Source of the DNA: Lingula anatina | Lineage: Eukaryota; Animalia; Brachiopoda | Direction of reading: 5' to 3' | NCBI GenBank assembly: GCA_051362555.1 | Contig: CM120642.1 | Coordinates: 18,662,001-18,726,000 of the forward strand | Length of the DNA stretch: 64,000 nt | Shown: positions 1 to 12,342 of the stretch, one piece after another | Position numbering within the stretch: the first letter of the stretch is position 1 | Layout of the letters: every line of letters begins with the position of its first letter | Notes under the pieces: generated by a model | The model's database searches: none | Seen by the model: the letters and a program-made list of their open reading frames with translations, nothing else | What the model was told of the DNA's origin: nothing | Translations under genes and position numbers: made by a program

Positions 1-460
1 ACAGTCAGGAAATTGCAAAAATATAATTTGTAAGGATTTGCGACATTGAAACGTATTATCTTCAAATCAGCGTGTCAAAGGTAAGCAAATATTCAACAAT
101 TCACGCGACTGATGTCAGTGAATGCATTAGACCTACGGGGAGTACCAGTGCAGGTGTGGGGAGGGTGGGGGGTTTAGTTTGGTGCGTGGAACCCATTCAC
201 AGGGTCCTATCCTTTGTAATGACGCGTTTTCAAGTCGAGGCAAACCGTCCGGCCTACATTTCTTCAAGGTTACACACGACACTTGAAGAAAAAGCAATAA
301 ATAGTAAAAGGAGAAGACAACACGGATTGCTCGAGAAGGGTGCTCCATTTTTTTTAAAATAAGGTTCTCTTTTAATCAAGAATTGTTTACTTTTCACTAA
401 AGAAGAGGATTGTCATTCTTTAAAATTCGTGTTAGTCTTAGTTTCAGGACGCAGACTCTT

Positions 461-632
461 GGGCCGCATTCAGAACAGTGGACTAACTAGTCCGAGGGTC
501 AAATATGGCCGACGCACTTGAATACTTCCCTACGGGGAATCTATTCAGTGTCTATTAGCGGATTAGACAGCAAGCGTTTTAGTGCCATATTTGACCCACG
601 GACTAGTTAGTCCACTGTTCTGAATGCGGACC
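461..632. mobile_element. Tourist/PIF-Harbinger-like MITE, family A
   Basis: ~47-bp near-perfect terminal inverted repeats (ggccgcattcagaacagtggactaactagtccg...cggactagttagtccactgttctgaatgcggacc); termini resemble those at 23896 and 34964. Confidence 0.8.
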
Positions 633-2336
633 TTGCTTGCAATCCAGTGCCATGTAACATGTGTACACTCATTTGCCCCCCCTCTCCCCCTATCTCTCCT
701 ATCTTATCTGATTTCCGAGTTCAGCAGTCAGCACATTTTTTTTTTTTTTTTTTTTTTTTTTCTGAGAATTCTTAATCCTTGCACAGTACTCCATATCACT
801 TAAAATCCCTGGGTTTCAATATCGCGCCTGGAGTTTCAGCCGCGACTTTAACCAAACCGGAAAGAAGACAATAGGCAGCATGGTTGGTTATCTACAGCTG
901 GATCGATTGTTTTGACTTCGGCGGCGTCCAAAGCTGGTTCTGGAAACCTGAAAGCAGCGGCTTTGACAAGATAAATCAACCTGTATCAATAACAGGTCGG
1001 AAGTCAGCCGCACTTAGAGCTCAGATCCCGGGCACCTGCAGAAATATAGCTTAATTTCTAGCGTGAAAGCTTGTTTTATATTTTGAGGTCAGCTACGCTA
1101 GCAGCTTTCCTTCCTTTCTGAGATCGGTGGATGTATAGGGTTTTACTAAAGGGGGGAGGGGCAGGATAAAAAAGCATAAAACAGTTAAAACAATTAAAAA
1201 GAATAATATGTAGTGTATAGGATCTAAAGACAAAGAAGGGGGAAGAAGTGGAACTGCTGACGCTAAGGGTAGGGAAGACCCCCCCCCCCCCTGCTCAGAG
1301 TCAACAGGATCGTGGAAAACAAGGCTTTGACGACTAGTTCTCAATGAAAAAAAAAACGTCACTCCTGAAGGCAGCGTTTTCTTCCTGAAATCTGAGTTCA
1401 CATAAAGTCAAATCCCTTATCCCTGGTAAATTTTATTTCCTCCACGACACATTTAATTTGTCGTTTATTCATTGGTTAAGGTTTTTTATTTGGCACTGCT
1501 TGAATTTTTTTATTGCAAACCACAAGCCAAAAACCAGGTGCCGAAAAATGATCTGTTCTGGGTAAAATTTGATCTAGGAATACGAAGGTTTCTACCAAGG
1601 TCTATTTTTTTTTTTTTTTTTTTTTGTTTTGTTTTTTTTTTTTGTTTTTTTTTAGAACACACCCTTTCCTTGTTACGCCTGTTGGAAGCACGCATTTGTC
1701 AGAGAAGTAATAAATAATACCGATCCAATGTTAATTGCAATGTTAGTTTATTAAAAAAAAAGACGCAAAGAATGCACGGATTTAAACTACATACATATGC
1801 ATGTATATGAAGCACAGTTATAAATTCAGCTTTTTTCCTGTGAGATCCATGTACACCTTTGTTATGACATTTATAATTTACTTCATGTTCCTAATGGATA
1901 TTGATAAAAGAATTGCACGTTGCTTTACTTATACCAAGAATGAAATTCAATGAGAATAGCTAATTTAACCTAATAAGCCGCACCTAAAAAGACAATCTTT
2001 GCGGTCGTTGTGGTTTGTAAAGTTACAATCAGCGAGACACACAGCGCATGCGCTTGCGGGGTTTGTGCACTGCTTTTTCTCCATATTGTGCTTTACTAAA
2101 TGCTGACATTTTCTGCAAAACCAGAAAAGGTGCAGGGAAGACATATCGGTCTATGACAGCTATGTTTGGCCGATGATGGGAATTCAAGTCAGTAGAGATC
2201 ACTATTGCTGTGGCTGCAATCGCCTCCCCTCACGGTTCTCTCGTTCTGTGGGTTTTATCAGTGAGTACTGGGTACTTATTGCCTAATAATGCTGTGGTAG
2301 TACATGTGACTGGGGTACACACACGTGCGCGCGCGT

Positions 2337-2367
<31 letters not shown>

Positions 2368-5300
2368 TGCGCATGCACATGGAGAGAGTGATAACATGTC
2401 GACGAGTCACATTGATCGTTCAAAAACTAATTATTCCGATACTTTTTTTTTCAAGAGTAGACAACCTAGGTTAAGTACATCACGGCTATGGAAATGAATA
2501 ACAAGTGTAATTGTGTCTTGCGGATAATTTCCATGTGAATATATATTTGTTGAAATACATTCACTATGAAAATATTTTCAAATAGCAAAACGCCCTAAAA
2601 TTACCTATTAAAAGATTCATCTTACGAACCTCGATAAAACATATAGGGACAACATGGCTGACACATTCAAAAATTGGTGACATCCTTAATTAATGGCTTG
2701 TATAGGCTGTTTGGATGAATTATTTGATACCTGCAGATGAACACTTTCACACCCGTAGTAAGTTCCACGTATATGCACCACCAAGAATAACTGTACAAGT
2801 CGCCAACCGAGAGACTCTATTCCGTTGTAACGAAACTGAAGGTCCGTGTAACAGAAAGTCCGCCCTCCATGTAGTTATAAAGGGTAGGGTTAGCCTGACC
2901 AAAATCTAGGGGGAGGCTTATCTGTACAAATGAATGGGAATCGGACTCTCTGTTATGGGGGACTCTCTGTCACGTTAAACCGTAAATATAAGGTTCACTC
3001 CTGAATTTCTAGGACACGTGTGTGTAAGTTGCTGCTGCGGGTATTTTTTTTTTTCAGGCTCGTTCAGAAGGAGACTTAAAGGCAGACACTGTGAACCACA
3101 TCTTAATATAGCAAATATATATTGCATGATAAAAGTTTTTTTTTTTTTTTTTTTTTTTTTGTAATTTCGTTATAAGCTTCGAGGTATAACATATCCAGAA
3201 TTGTTGAGAAAATCGCTATCTATAAACCCGAGTTTGAGTTTTAAATTTATAATCTTTTTTACCTTTCTTAGTAGATATACACAAAATATGAAGATTTTTA
3301 AGTCAAATGCGGGTTGATGGATCGTAATTCTTTGAGCAGTTTAATTTTGGATATAGCATACCTTGGTGACGTAATTAAAATAAAAATGTTGAATTTTCCA
3401 GGAAAACTAAATTGATTTCTATATGAAGGTATTACGCTTATTCTTTCTCTTATGAAGACATGGAAAGAACAAAAGACTTGATATCTTATTTTTAACAATT
3501 GATTTAAAGCCTCGAATCGTGAATGTAGTTTATATTACATTCTGGACGGTTATTTTTTCAAGCTTCAGACAAAACAAAAAGTCTTTTGACGCATTTTAGA
3601 CCCGAACCAGTTAGGGTTTATCTTCCTGGGTGGCTGCAATCCCGAATGAGTATTGCTGGTGCAAGTGGTTGAAGAACTGGTCACGACTTGTGGAGGCTAC
3701 ACAAGTGCACAAATATACAGCTTTGGTTTGATATAAAAACCCATATAAATAATCATTATATAAACAAGTGAACATCTCACTAATATTGAGCTTTTTTTTC
3801 GACTATCATAGGCCATTGTCGAATTTGATGAAAAAATATTAATGTCCCTTCCAATAGAAATCGCCTTCATAATGATTCTTCATAACTGTCTTTGTGTGCG
3901 TATGCGTGTGTGTGCGTATGTGCGTGTGTGTGTGTGTGCGTGTGTGTGACATAAAAACGTGCGTATACCTGCGTGTTGGGTGGGTGTGCGGTGGGAGAGG
4001 GGGGGGTTTGCCGATGAGGTGACGTCTTACACTGAAACTTTCAACCTTGGGTAACGGAAGGACGTGCATAGCCGCCTGCTTTCTCATCAATACATGTATG
4101 ATAGCAGAACAAGTTCTACACGATTCGGGGCGTGCAATGGGAAGCGTGGGCACGATTTCAGCTGATGCAACTCGTGACTGACGAAATTTAAAACCTATAT
4201 CAGATTTTTATTCGAGACGTGCGCCTTTATTCGTAGAATTGTGAACTCACGAGTGCGACAAAATCAAGGAATCGTATCTCGAATTCTTATGTCTCCTCTG
4301 TCACTCCTTTTGTTTCTTTTCTTATATCATATTTAGCTTCTTTCAAGTTATTTTGTTTGGATTATTTCATTTTTATCATCATCATCACAATTTTCATTAT
4401 TTTATTTCTTTCTTTATTTCTTTTTTTTTTATTTAACCGTCCGTTTGTTTGTTTGTAATTTTGTATATCCCATATCCACGTGTATACTGTGTTGTTGGAA
4501 TTTTTGTTAGGGTTTGCAGAAATTTTGTCATTAAGTGTGTCAGTTTCCGAGGTGATTCCGCTTTTTTATGAGAGAAAGCTTTCTCACGCAGTATGTTACT
4601 GAGTACAATGATATTAAGGCCTCCGAAGGGAATGCCGTTCACTAAGTACGAAAATAATTATAATGACCTGCATTTTTGACAGGTGTTCATTATATAATAA
4701 AGCCCAATGTTTTACCCATTATAAAAAGAGATTAATGGTGCATAAAATCAACAATTTTTGGAGCATAAAGAAGCAAAATAACGATAGCAGGAATAAAACG
4801 GCAAAGACTCAATTTATGTAAAATAAAGGAATAAAGGCATTGGTTGTACACCAACAGTGGCAGATATCACAATTTCTGACCCATTTATGAGTTCGTAGTT
4901 ATATTTTATACTCAGAGATAAATAGTATTGCAGAAAAATGATGAAAGCCTATAAGAAAAGGTGGCGACAGATCGATCAAATTTTTGTTTTATCATAAGAA
5001 CTGGATAAAAAGAAATTAAAAAGGCCACAATTGTGCGTGTTTCATCTAGCTTTTAATAAGTACCGTCTGCATTAATTCATTCATTCATAGATTTTTCGCT
5101 TTTTATAAATTTGCATAGCCAATGCTCTTTTTGCTACATCTACCTAAGGCTTTTTGTTATGATTCTACGGGCTGCGTATTTCGAATACACTGATGAAGCC
5201 TTGTCATACGTGTACTATGAATAATAACATTGGGACCGCCTTTCATGGCGATTAAATATTCATGATGATTTTGTTACGAGGCGGCAGTAAAATCTCTGCT

Positions 5301-6071
5301 GAATAGAAGTTCATCGTGACATCGTCATTACAAATGGAAAACTTTTATTAAGCATTCTTTTAGAAGGACAATAATAAAGGGACCGGTAAAATGCCGTTGG
5401 CCGACTTTGAAGATACATCATAGATTACTAAACGTAATTTACGAAGAGGTTTATCATAGGGGTTAATTTTGCGCAAACCTTCATTATTATAGTAAATTAT
5501 GGATTGGGGCAAGAGTAACACGTGGATTATACGTAATACATGTAGATGATACTCATTATTGTTTATTATGAAGAGAGAGGTACATCCAAACGTATATTTT
5601 CATTAAAAATGAAAGACGTCTCTCCGTAAATGGTACTCGAACATTATTCATTTTATAATACCGATTTCCACATTCAGGAAGGATTGTTGACTAGAAAGAA
5701 AGAAGGTTAGAGAAAGAAAGGCAGACGAGAGACCGTGTACTGCTGCTTTTTGAATGTTGAACCCGCGTTAAGAGGCAACACACGTTACGCGTTTTCTGAA
5801 TCTATCTATCTGTCTATCTATTTTTTTTTTTTTTTTTTTTACTATCCATCTCCTGCTATCGATCTCCTTTGTTTCCGCGTTTTATTCTATTTTATTCTAT
5901 TATTAATAACATTATTCTGTTGCTAATAACATAGTAAGTAATAGGACCACGTATTCTGATAACTAAAATGCTTAAATGATGGCGAATATAGACTGGATCC
6001 TGCCTGTTACGTGACATTATAATCCGCCGAGGCGTTTTTTGCCTGCGTCCGAGATTTTATACAATGTGTCC

Positions 6072-6237
6072 CAGGCCCGTAGCCAGCAAATTCAAAAGGG
6101 GGGCTCTTTTCTGAAAAAGTGGACCTTTTACAATGAAACTTATGTGTACCTAGATAACATTTTACCCCAAATGGACCTTTTCCTGACAAAGGGGGCGGTT
6201 TTTTCTAACCCCCGGAACCCCCCTGGTTACGGGCCTG
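6072..6237. mobile_element. MITE with CAGGCCCGTAGCCAG TIRs and 5-bp TSD
   Basis: TIR caggcccgtagccag / ctggttacgggcctg; TGTCC duplicated on both flanks; homologous copy at 22132-22298. Confidence 0.85.
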
Positions 6238-7785
6238 TGTCCCATGCCAGTGAGGAGGTTGGGGAAGGATTGGATGATCGAATCACAACTTTATAACCAC
6301 AAGGTGGGAGAAAATGACCTTGGGTGAACAGAAGTACATGTATTTTGATAGACGATATGCTATTCTGCCTATTGGGTCACTCTCATTTTGGGGGCGGAAT
6401 TCGAAATAAATGAAAATGTGTACCATATGGTAGAAATATCATCTTTTATCCGACTCGTCATTCCATTGTGGAGTGATAACGTTCTCTCATTCACTTTATA
6501 CAATACGTTATCATTTGTTATGAATTTTTTAATTATTTTTATAATAACCATTATGTCGTTTTATCAATCAAGGCTACGTTCCTTACATACAATAATTTGA
6601 ATTAAATGCTTAAAAGCATTACTGCAATCAGCATATATTGCCATAGTCTAGAAGTGAAATATTTCGTTGGACAAGAGCAGTTAACCTATGGCCAACGGGA
6701 ACAATAAATTACGTCAGCTTCCTCATGGAAGATGTGACCAACAGACTTAATGATTAGGATATCAATAACCGCCCGCTTCTCGGCTTTCAATAGAACAATG
6801 CCGACCGCTTAACTTTGTTCACCTGCGTCTCTAGAGTGGATTGCCCCGCTTTGTCCGCGCCTTAATAAACAACCGCTATCGCTAACATTACCGAACAAAC
6901 TGATAATGGGCCTTGTCGCAGGCATTAAACCAGCTGCTCAGAGCAAGTACTTAAGTTGACCTTCGATTACGCGTCGTCCGCATTTTATGACTACAAAAGA
7001 GCAGAGGCTGGGCTACCGGGCACCTTGCCACCGAGCGCAGGAAAGGTTTCTTTCCAAGAATGACTTAGTTTTCAATTGAACAGATGAGCATCATTTCCTT
7101 TAATTGTTCACCTGATGCCTTGATATTATCTGTCAGAGTTAAGGTAAAGCGTGAGTCTATGTTATAGGAGCTGTCTCGTTTGATTATCTACCTTGTACAA
7201 AGCAAACACAGCGGTAGTGAATCGGAGACTGTACACACAGACCGCATTGATCGTTAACGTGGCGCACGCGGCTCGTGAAAGCACGGCGACGTGGCACGCG
7301 TAGATCGACACTTGTATATGCAAAGTTGGTCAAACAGATTCCATGTTTTTTGTTTTGGAACATGTATTTAAGGCAGCGACTGTGGACTGAATGTCACTTT
7401 GAGCTCTATTCTACTTCGTGCCTGGGTCTTCGTCCTGTCATGATCATTCTACGGGCTGACGTTGAAACTATACCGTTTAATCGTGTAAGTAATTGCAGTA
7501 TTAAAAAATATCAAAAGCACCCAGATGAGATAATTCGTACACACCATTTACGTGTTTTTTTCGATTGTTTAAAAATGTGTGTGCATTTCCTCTTTATTCA
7601 AAGAATAATTTGCGAACGCAATCTCGAAACACTCCCGGGGCATACTTTCAGCATACGGGCCTTACGATGTTCGGAAAATTCATTTCGTTTCAAAATTGTC
7701 ACAGTAAGTACGCTACGAGTATATTATGCGGGACGGAAAATTTCATTTAACTGCATACAATTTCCTGGGAAATTGCAGATGATGG

Positions 7786-7813
7786 TATAAACTGTGTGCC
7801 ACGTGTTTCACTT
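7786..7813 (+). promoter_or_regulatory. Candidate Pol II core promoter (TATA, E-box, Inr-like) for the pri-mir-981 or host transcript
   Basis: TATAAA 7786-7791, CACGTG 7800-7805, TCACTT 7808-7813; CpG-rich; followed by a strong donor CAG|GTAAGA at 7976/7977. Confidence 0.5.
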
Positions 7814-7976
7814 AATGACGCCGTTCCTGGACGCGAAGTCAACGTCGACCATTTTGAGCTTGACACTCCAAGCTGAAAGACGCGCGTGGACAGAAGAGGC
7901 CAGCCGTTCGGAGTGGCAGAATGCAACTCCTACAGGAGTCGTATTTTCTTTGTACTTAGACTTTGTTTCATAGCAG
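7810..7976 (+). ncRNA. Putative non-coding first exon of the pri-miRNA or host transcript
   Basis: Lies between the TATA box and a consensus donor; only short ORFs ending before the donor; candidate downstream acceptors end at 9058 and 9415. Confidence 0.35.
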
Positions 7977-10299
7977 GTAAGATGCCTAAGTTTGCTTCAT
8001 AAGGTGACGTCGCTGAAACATCTGGTAAACCACAGTGACATACATGTACATGTTCTTCGTCGAGTGCGCGATCAAATTTAGGCGTGGCGCGCTCACTTGC
8101 TGCATTTGTTATCGGTGACGCTTCTATCAGCTTTGTATAATTTAATAAGTTTTGGAATCAAGTGCAGATATTTTATCGACTGGAACTGTATATATCGTGA
8201 TACACGCTGTGCAACGTTAGGACTTTATCTGACCAGCTGTGTGACGATTATATGTTGTATAATTTTTATTGAAACGTGAGATAAGGCAATATGGCATGCT
8301 TATATATCTCAGACAGTAAAAACCCAAGTGCAAATATTTCGTGTATTATTTCCAGAAAAGGCCATATTTATCTAGTGAATATGTCTTTTTTTTTTTTTTT
8401 TTTTTTTTGGGGGGGGGGTGTCATCATTTGATAGATTACCGAATTAAAGTTGCAGATACAATATTAAAGCTCAGAGCATACGCAGCAGTCAGTGCATTGA
8501 AGATTTGCCAATACCGCATGCTGTCCATCATAAAACAGTTGAGGCAGTAAACCTCTGCGCCATTAGCAAAACGCACACAGCATTTACTACGATGTCGTGT
8601 TCCCCACGGATTATTGACAAGAAATATCACCCGAATGAATTGACTTTGATGGACATGTCTTTTGTTCTACCGTTTGCTATGGGGGGAAAGCGATTTAGTG
8701 ATTGATATAGCTCACCGGTTGTTAATGTTATCAATTTTTCTATAGTCAATTAAATAAAGGTACTGATAAACAGAAGGTTGGTCAAAAGTGACGAGATACG
8801 TGTATTGTCCACATAGCACGGTGAGAGGTGAGAGGTGATAAAATTGATCAATTCGAACGGGCAAGCGCATGCTCTCACTAGAGAGCCGAGGGGGGGGGGG
8901 GAATGAAAGAGGACATCGCCGCTTTTAAATCAAAGATGCCAAGCCTTCTTTTAACACGTCATCATTACATTTTCAGTAATTTTTTTTCATCGTGCCTGTA
9001 TGCAAATAATATTCTAGTCACTCGTGGCATATTTTATAAAACTATTTCCGCTTTGCAGTGATCAACGTCCAGGCTATGGAAAGATTAATGATGGAGCCCG
9101 CACTGGTATAGAAAAAGATAATGAAAACACCGATTTTTTTAAATTATTAAACACATGGTTAATAAATAATCTTAGGCATTGCATAATTAAAAACAAATAA
9201 ATTAATTAATTAAAAGACAGAGTTCATCAAACGTTTTCGATAGCAATATACTGTAGGGCCTATGGCCATCATCCAATAATGAACTAACTGAACGTTATTT
9301 TAAATCGTTTGAATAATTAAAATTCACTTTGATTGCACATTGAATATACCCAGGAAGAAAATATATTGCATGTAGCCATCTAGCATGTTCATCCACCTAT
9401 GACACTTCTCTCCAGCTTCATGGTCAACGCAGAGCTCTATGAAGATCGCGCAATATGTCCTTGTCTCGTTCCCAGTTAATTGTTTCCATTTGAGTCGTGC
9501 CTTTGATCGATCACCAGCGTTGCTTTTGAATGAGCCCGAGATGACTTTGGTTAATACGGAGTTTAATCTCTATCTAATTGTGTCGATGATTCATATCTCA
9601 CGGTCCCAGATATATTACCTAGTTTCAGTGGCACTCATTTATATAGCTTACTATCGGCAACTGACAAATAGCTACTAGATTCCCGGAACTTAATAATATC
9701 ACAATAATTGATTCATTCCAATATGGGCGACGATGTAAGGATGAATGAACATGTTAATTGCTGGAGCACTGTTCATTTTACGCATGGCCGGCTACTGAGA
9801 CTGGCGTATGATTTCATCATGTTAGACTAGTGTATTCTGAGGGATAGCCATTTTCAACGAATTAATTTTTGACAATGTTAACGCGAATTTGTCATTCTGT
9901 TTTTAGATATGGATCTTTGATTAAAAATATATTATTTATTTTTGATATATACATATATACAAGGGAAGCACACCCTGATTATTCATTTCTGGAAAATAGC
10001 ATTGAGCAGCTTGAAACCTTATCAGACGAACTACGGTAGGAAGTCTAGAAAGGGGGGGGGGGGGGGGGTAGATAGGTCGCGATGTAGAAGAAAAGAAGAA
10101 AGCCAGAAGATATAATGTTTGTGTATTGCTGAGCCTACATTAAACGCTCGCATCCAAAAGCGGGATGAAACATGGTGGAAACACATGGGTAATTAATGTA
10201 CCTAATATCAATTATAAACTAAAATTGTGGACGTCTTGGCTGACGAAATTGATGCAGACCACTGGCGCCTCCCATCTGAAAGAACCCGAACCTCTTCAC

Positions 10300-10383
10300 C
10301 AGGTCTTAGCTGCTGGTTTCACGATTATCGAACATTTTGACTTTGATTGTTCGTTGTCGTCGAAACCTGCCTCGAAGCACCTG
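10300..10383 (+). ncRNA. mir-981: microRNA precursor mir-981 (MIR-76 family); mature 3p about 10350-10371
   Basis: 3p arm TTCGTTGTCGTCGAAACCTGCC matches miR-981 as I recall it (UUCGUUGUCG[A/U]CGAAACCUGC); 5p arm GCTGGTTTCACGATTATCGAACA pairs with it; basal stem caggt/acctg; CNNC (CATC) at 10388-10391. Confidence 0.92.
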
Positions 10384-12024
10384 ACTTCATCTGACATGAG
10401 AACCCTGGACGAGAATGGAAGAATCGTGACAAGTGGCTCGACACTGGCTGTATATATTATCTTTTATGTACCCTTATATCGGCGCCTAACTGATAGATTT
10501 AAAGTACGGCGGATTGCACTAAAAACCAAGCTAGGACGTGCATTCAAATACAAGATATTATGTACAACGTTAAAAAAATGAATCAAAGAAAGAAAAGATA
10601 TTTGAAAAAAAAAAAAGGAATGGGTTAATTATGCTTCAATGAAATTTTATGTGAAAGTCCTCCTAATTCATGTTCCCGTACCCATGACACGTATAAGATT
10701 TGGCAAGAAAGCTTTTAAAGCATCTATATTCCTGTCAGGAAAATTAAAAAAAAAAAGAGGTGATAGCTCTATACAATGTCGGAACGTAATGTTTATTATT
10801 CCCTTGTAGGGCCTATATATATATGATAGCTTAAGTCCTGACTGCTGCAGCCTCTATTCAGCTAATCTGAACATTATATTTATAAATCAAGATGCATCTA
10901 CATTTTATATTACACTGATATTACTAATGTCACATAAAACATTTTGAGCAATTTGTGTGTTTTTTTCTTCACCCTGTTCGAAAATCACGATGGGTCGGTC
11001 AAGCATGCAACGGACGTAGTTTCACTGAAACACTCCTTATATCAGATGTTTGTGTTTAGGTGTTTACAGAGATGATTTGGCGTGGCTTCCGGGGGGGGGG
11101 GGGGGGGGGCGCCTAGGTCTATGATATTTTTGATAGTCGGAAAAATCTCAGTGTTCCAATAGATTAGAATTGGAAACTGGATTGAGGAGAAAAAAAACGG
11201 CTGATCAGCATTTTTTGATATTATCACCGACAGGCCTACTCCAGAACTAAACGTCTCATTTCGATGTTGTTTTCTTGACCAGCGATCTTGAAGTATGGCA
11301 CTATAGGGAGGCCAGAAGAGTTATTGAGCTAAAAATTAAATGTGCCAGAGGCTTCATGATATTGTAAAATGAACTTTTATTGAAAAACAATGGATAGTTT
11401 TGAACTCACTAATAGGCCTACCTGAATGACTGGATTTATGTAAGGCCCATATTTCCTTTAGACCTACAACGGAATGATCGATCTAGTTGAAGGATGTACA
11501 AATGAGAGACAGTCACACCCTAGAGACAAGGCCTAAACAGTCTCGATGTACTCAAGTCTTCTAAACTCGTTCTTTTTATAGGCCCTATCTCTTATTCAAA
11601 CTTCATCTTGAGGCCTTACCGTAGGCCTACCATAGTTACCGTAAAAATAAATTACCCTTCTCTCCAATCTTCGCTTCCCCCTCCCCTCAGTCTTCGAATT
11701 CTTAACATAGGATTATATAGACCTATAGACATCTAAAGACCCCTCTGCCTATTTAGGGCAAACGATGCAGAGTGAAATTTTCTCAGAATGCTGAATTTTC
11801 CCTCGCATATATTTTTCGGAATTTTGCATCCTGCAACGATGAATGATATCAAACATATATATTTATATTAAAAAATTAGTATTTAAGTGTCAAGCGATCC
11901 ACTCTACTTGGTACTTGTGTCGAATTTCTTATGGCAAGCCCCCCCCCCCCCCCACCCCACCCCGCCCAAATCTCCACCCCTCCCCACATCTCGTAGTTTC
12001 TCGCATAATAGACGCACATTTGAT

Positions 12025-12077
12025 CACGTGAACAGAAGTCTGCAGTTTGGAACACGGCGCTCCGTTTGAAGAATATA
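12025..12077 (+). promoter_or_regulatory. Proximal promoter of the CG13380-like gene: E-box plus CDE/CHR-like tandem
   Basis: CACGTG 12025-12030; GGCGC 12056-12060, 4-nt spacer, TTTGAA 12065-12070, just upstream of ATG 12088. Confidence 0.4.
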
Positions 12078-12087
12078 AGCAGTCGAA

Positions 12088-12342
12088 ATGTTTCGGCAAT
12101 CACCCGAAGGACGAGGAGATGAATTCATACATATTCATCCTGACAGAGGATCCCCAGCTAAGCACTTTTTCCCAGAAACGTGTACAAGCGCCGGACGTGG
12201 CAAATTATTGCAGATGTTGAATATCCAATCTCCTTGTCCGGGGTCTTCTACAAATTCCAGCAACTCCCCGCTAAGTTCTCCTGTGCATTCCGGTCCTCAG
12301 AGCTCAGGGGTTCCAAGGAGCAGAAATAACAGTTTCAGACAG
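12088..12342 (+). CDS. CG13380-like coding exon 1
   Basis: MFRQSPEG...NNSFRQ followed by a gtatga donor. Confidence 0.75.

Noticed and set aside
800-1040. GC-richer segment with minus-strand acceptor-like sites
   Set aside because: No sustained reading frame or matching donor; it may be regulatory but I cannot support a call
7275-7790. 171-aa ORF
   Set aside because: Non-ATG start, no domain features, and it overlaps a probable promoter
10214-10398. Minus-strand short ORF with an in-frame TGA (possible selenoprotein)
   Set aside because: No CxxU or other selenoprotein motif and no SECIS identified; it is antisense to mir-981
10165-10581. 138-aa plus-strand ORF
   Set aside because: No recognisable domain or splice context; its GC-richer core is explained by the mir-981 hairpin
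11843-11860. miR-190-like stretch on the minus strand
   Set aside because: Low-complexity AT-rich partial match without a precursor hairpin
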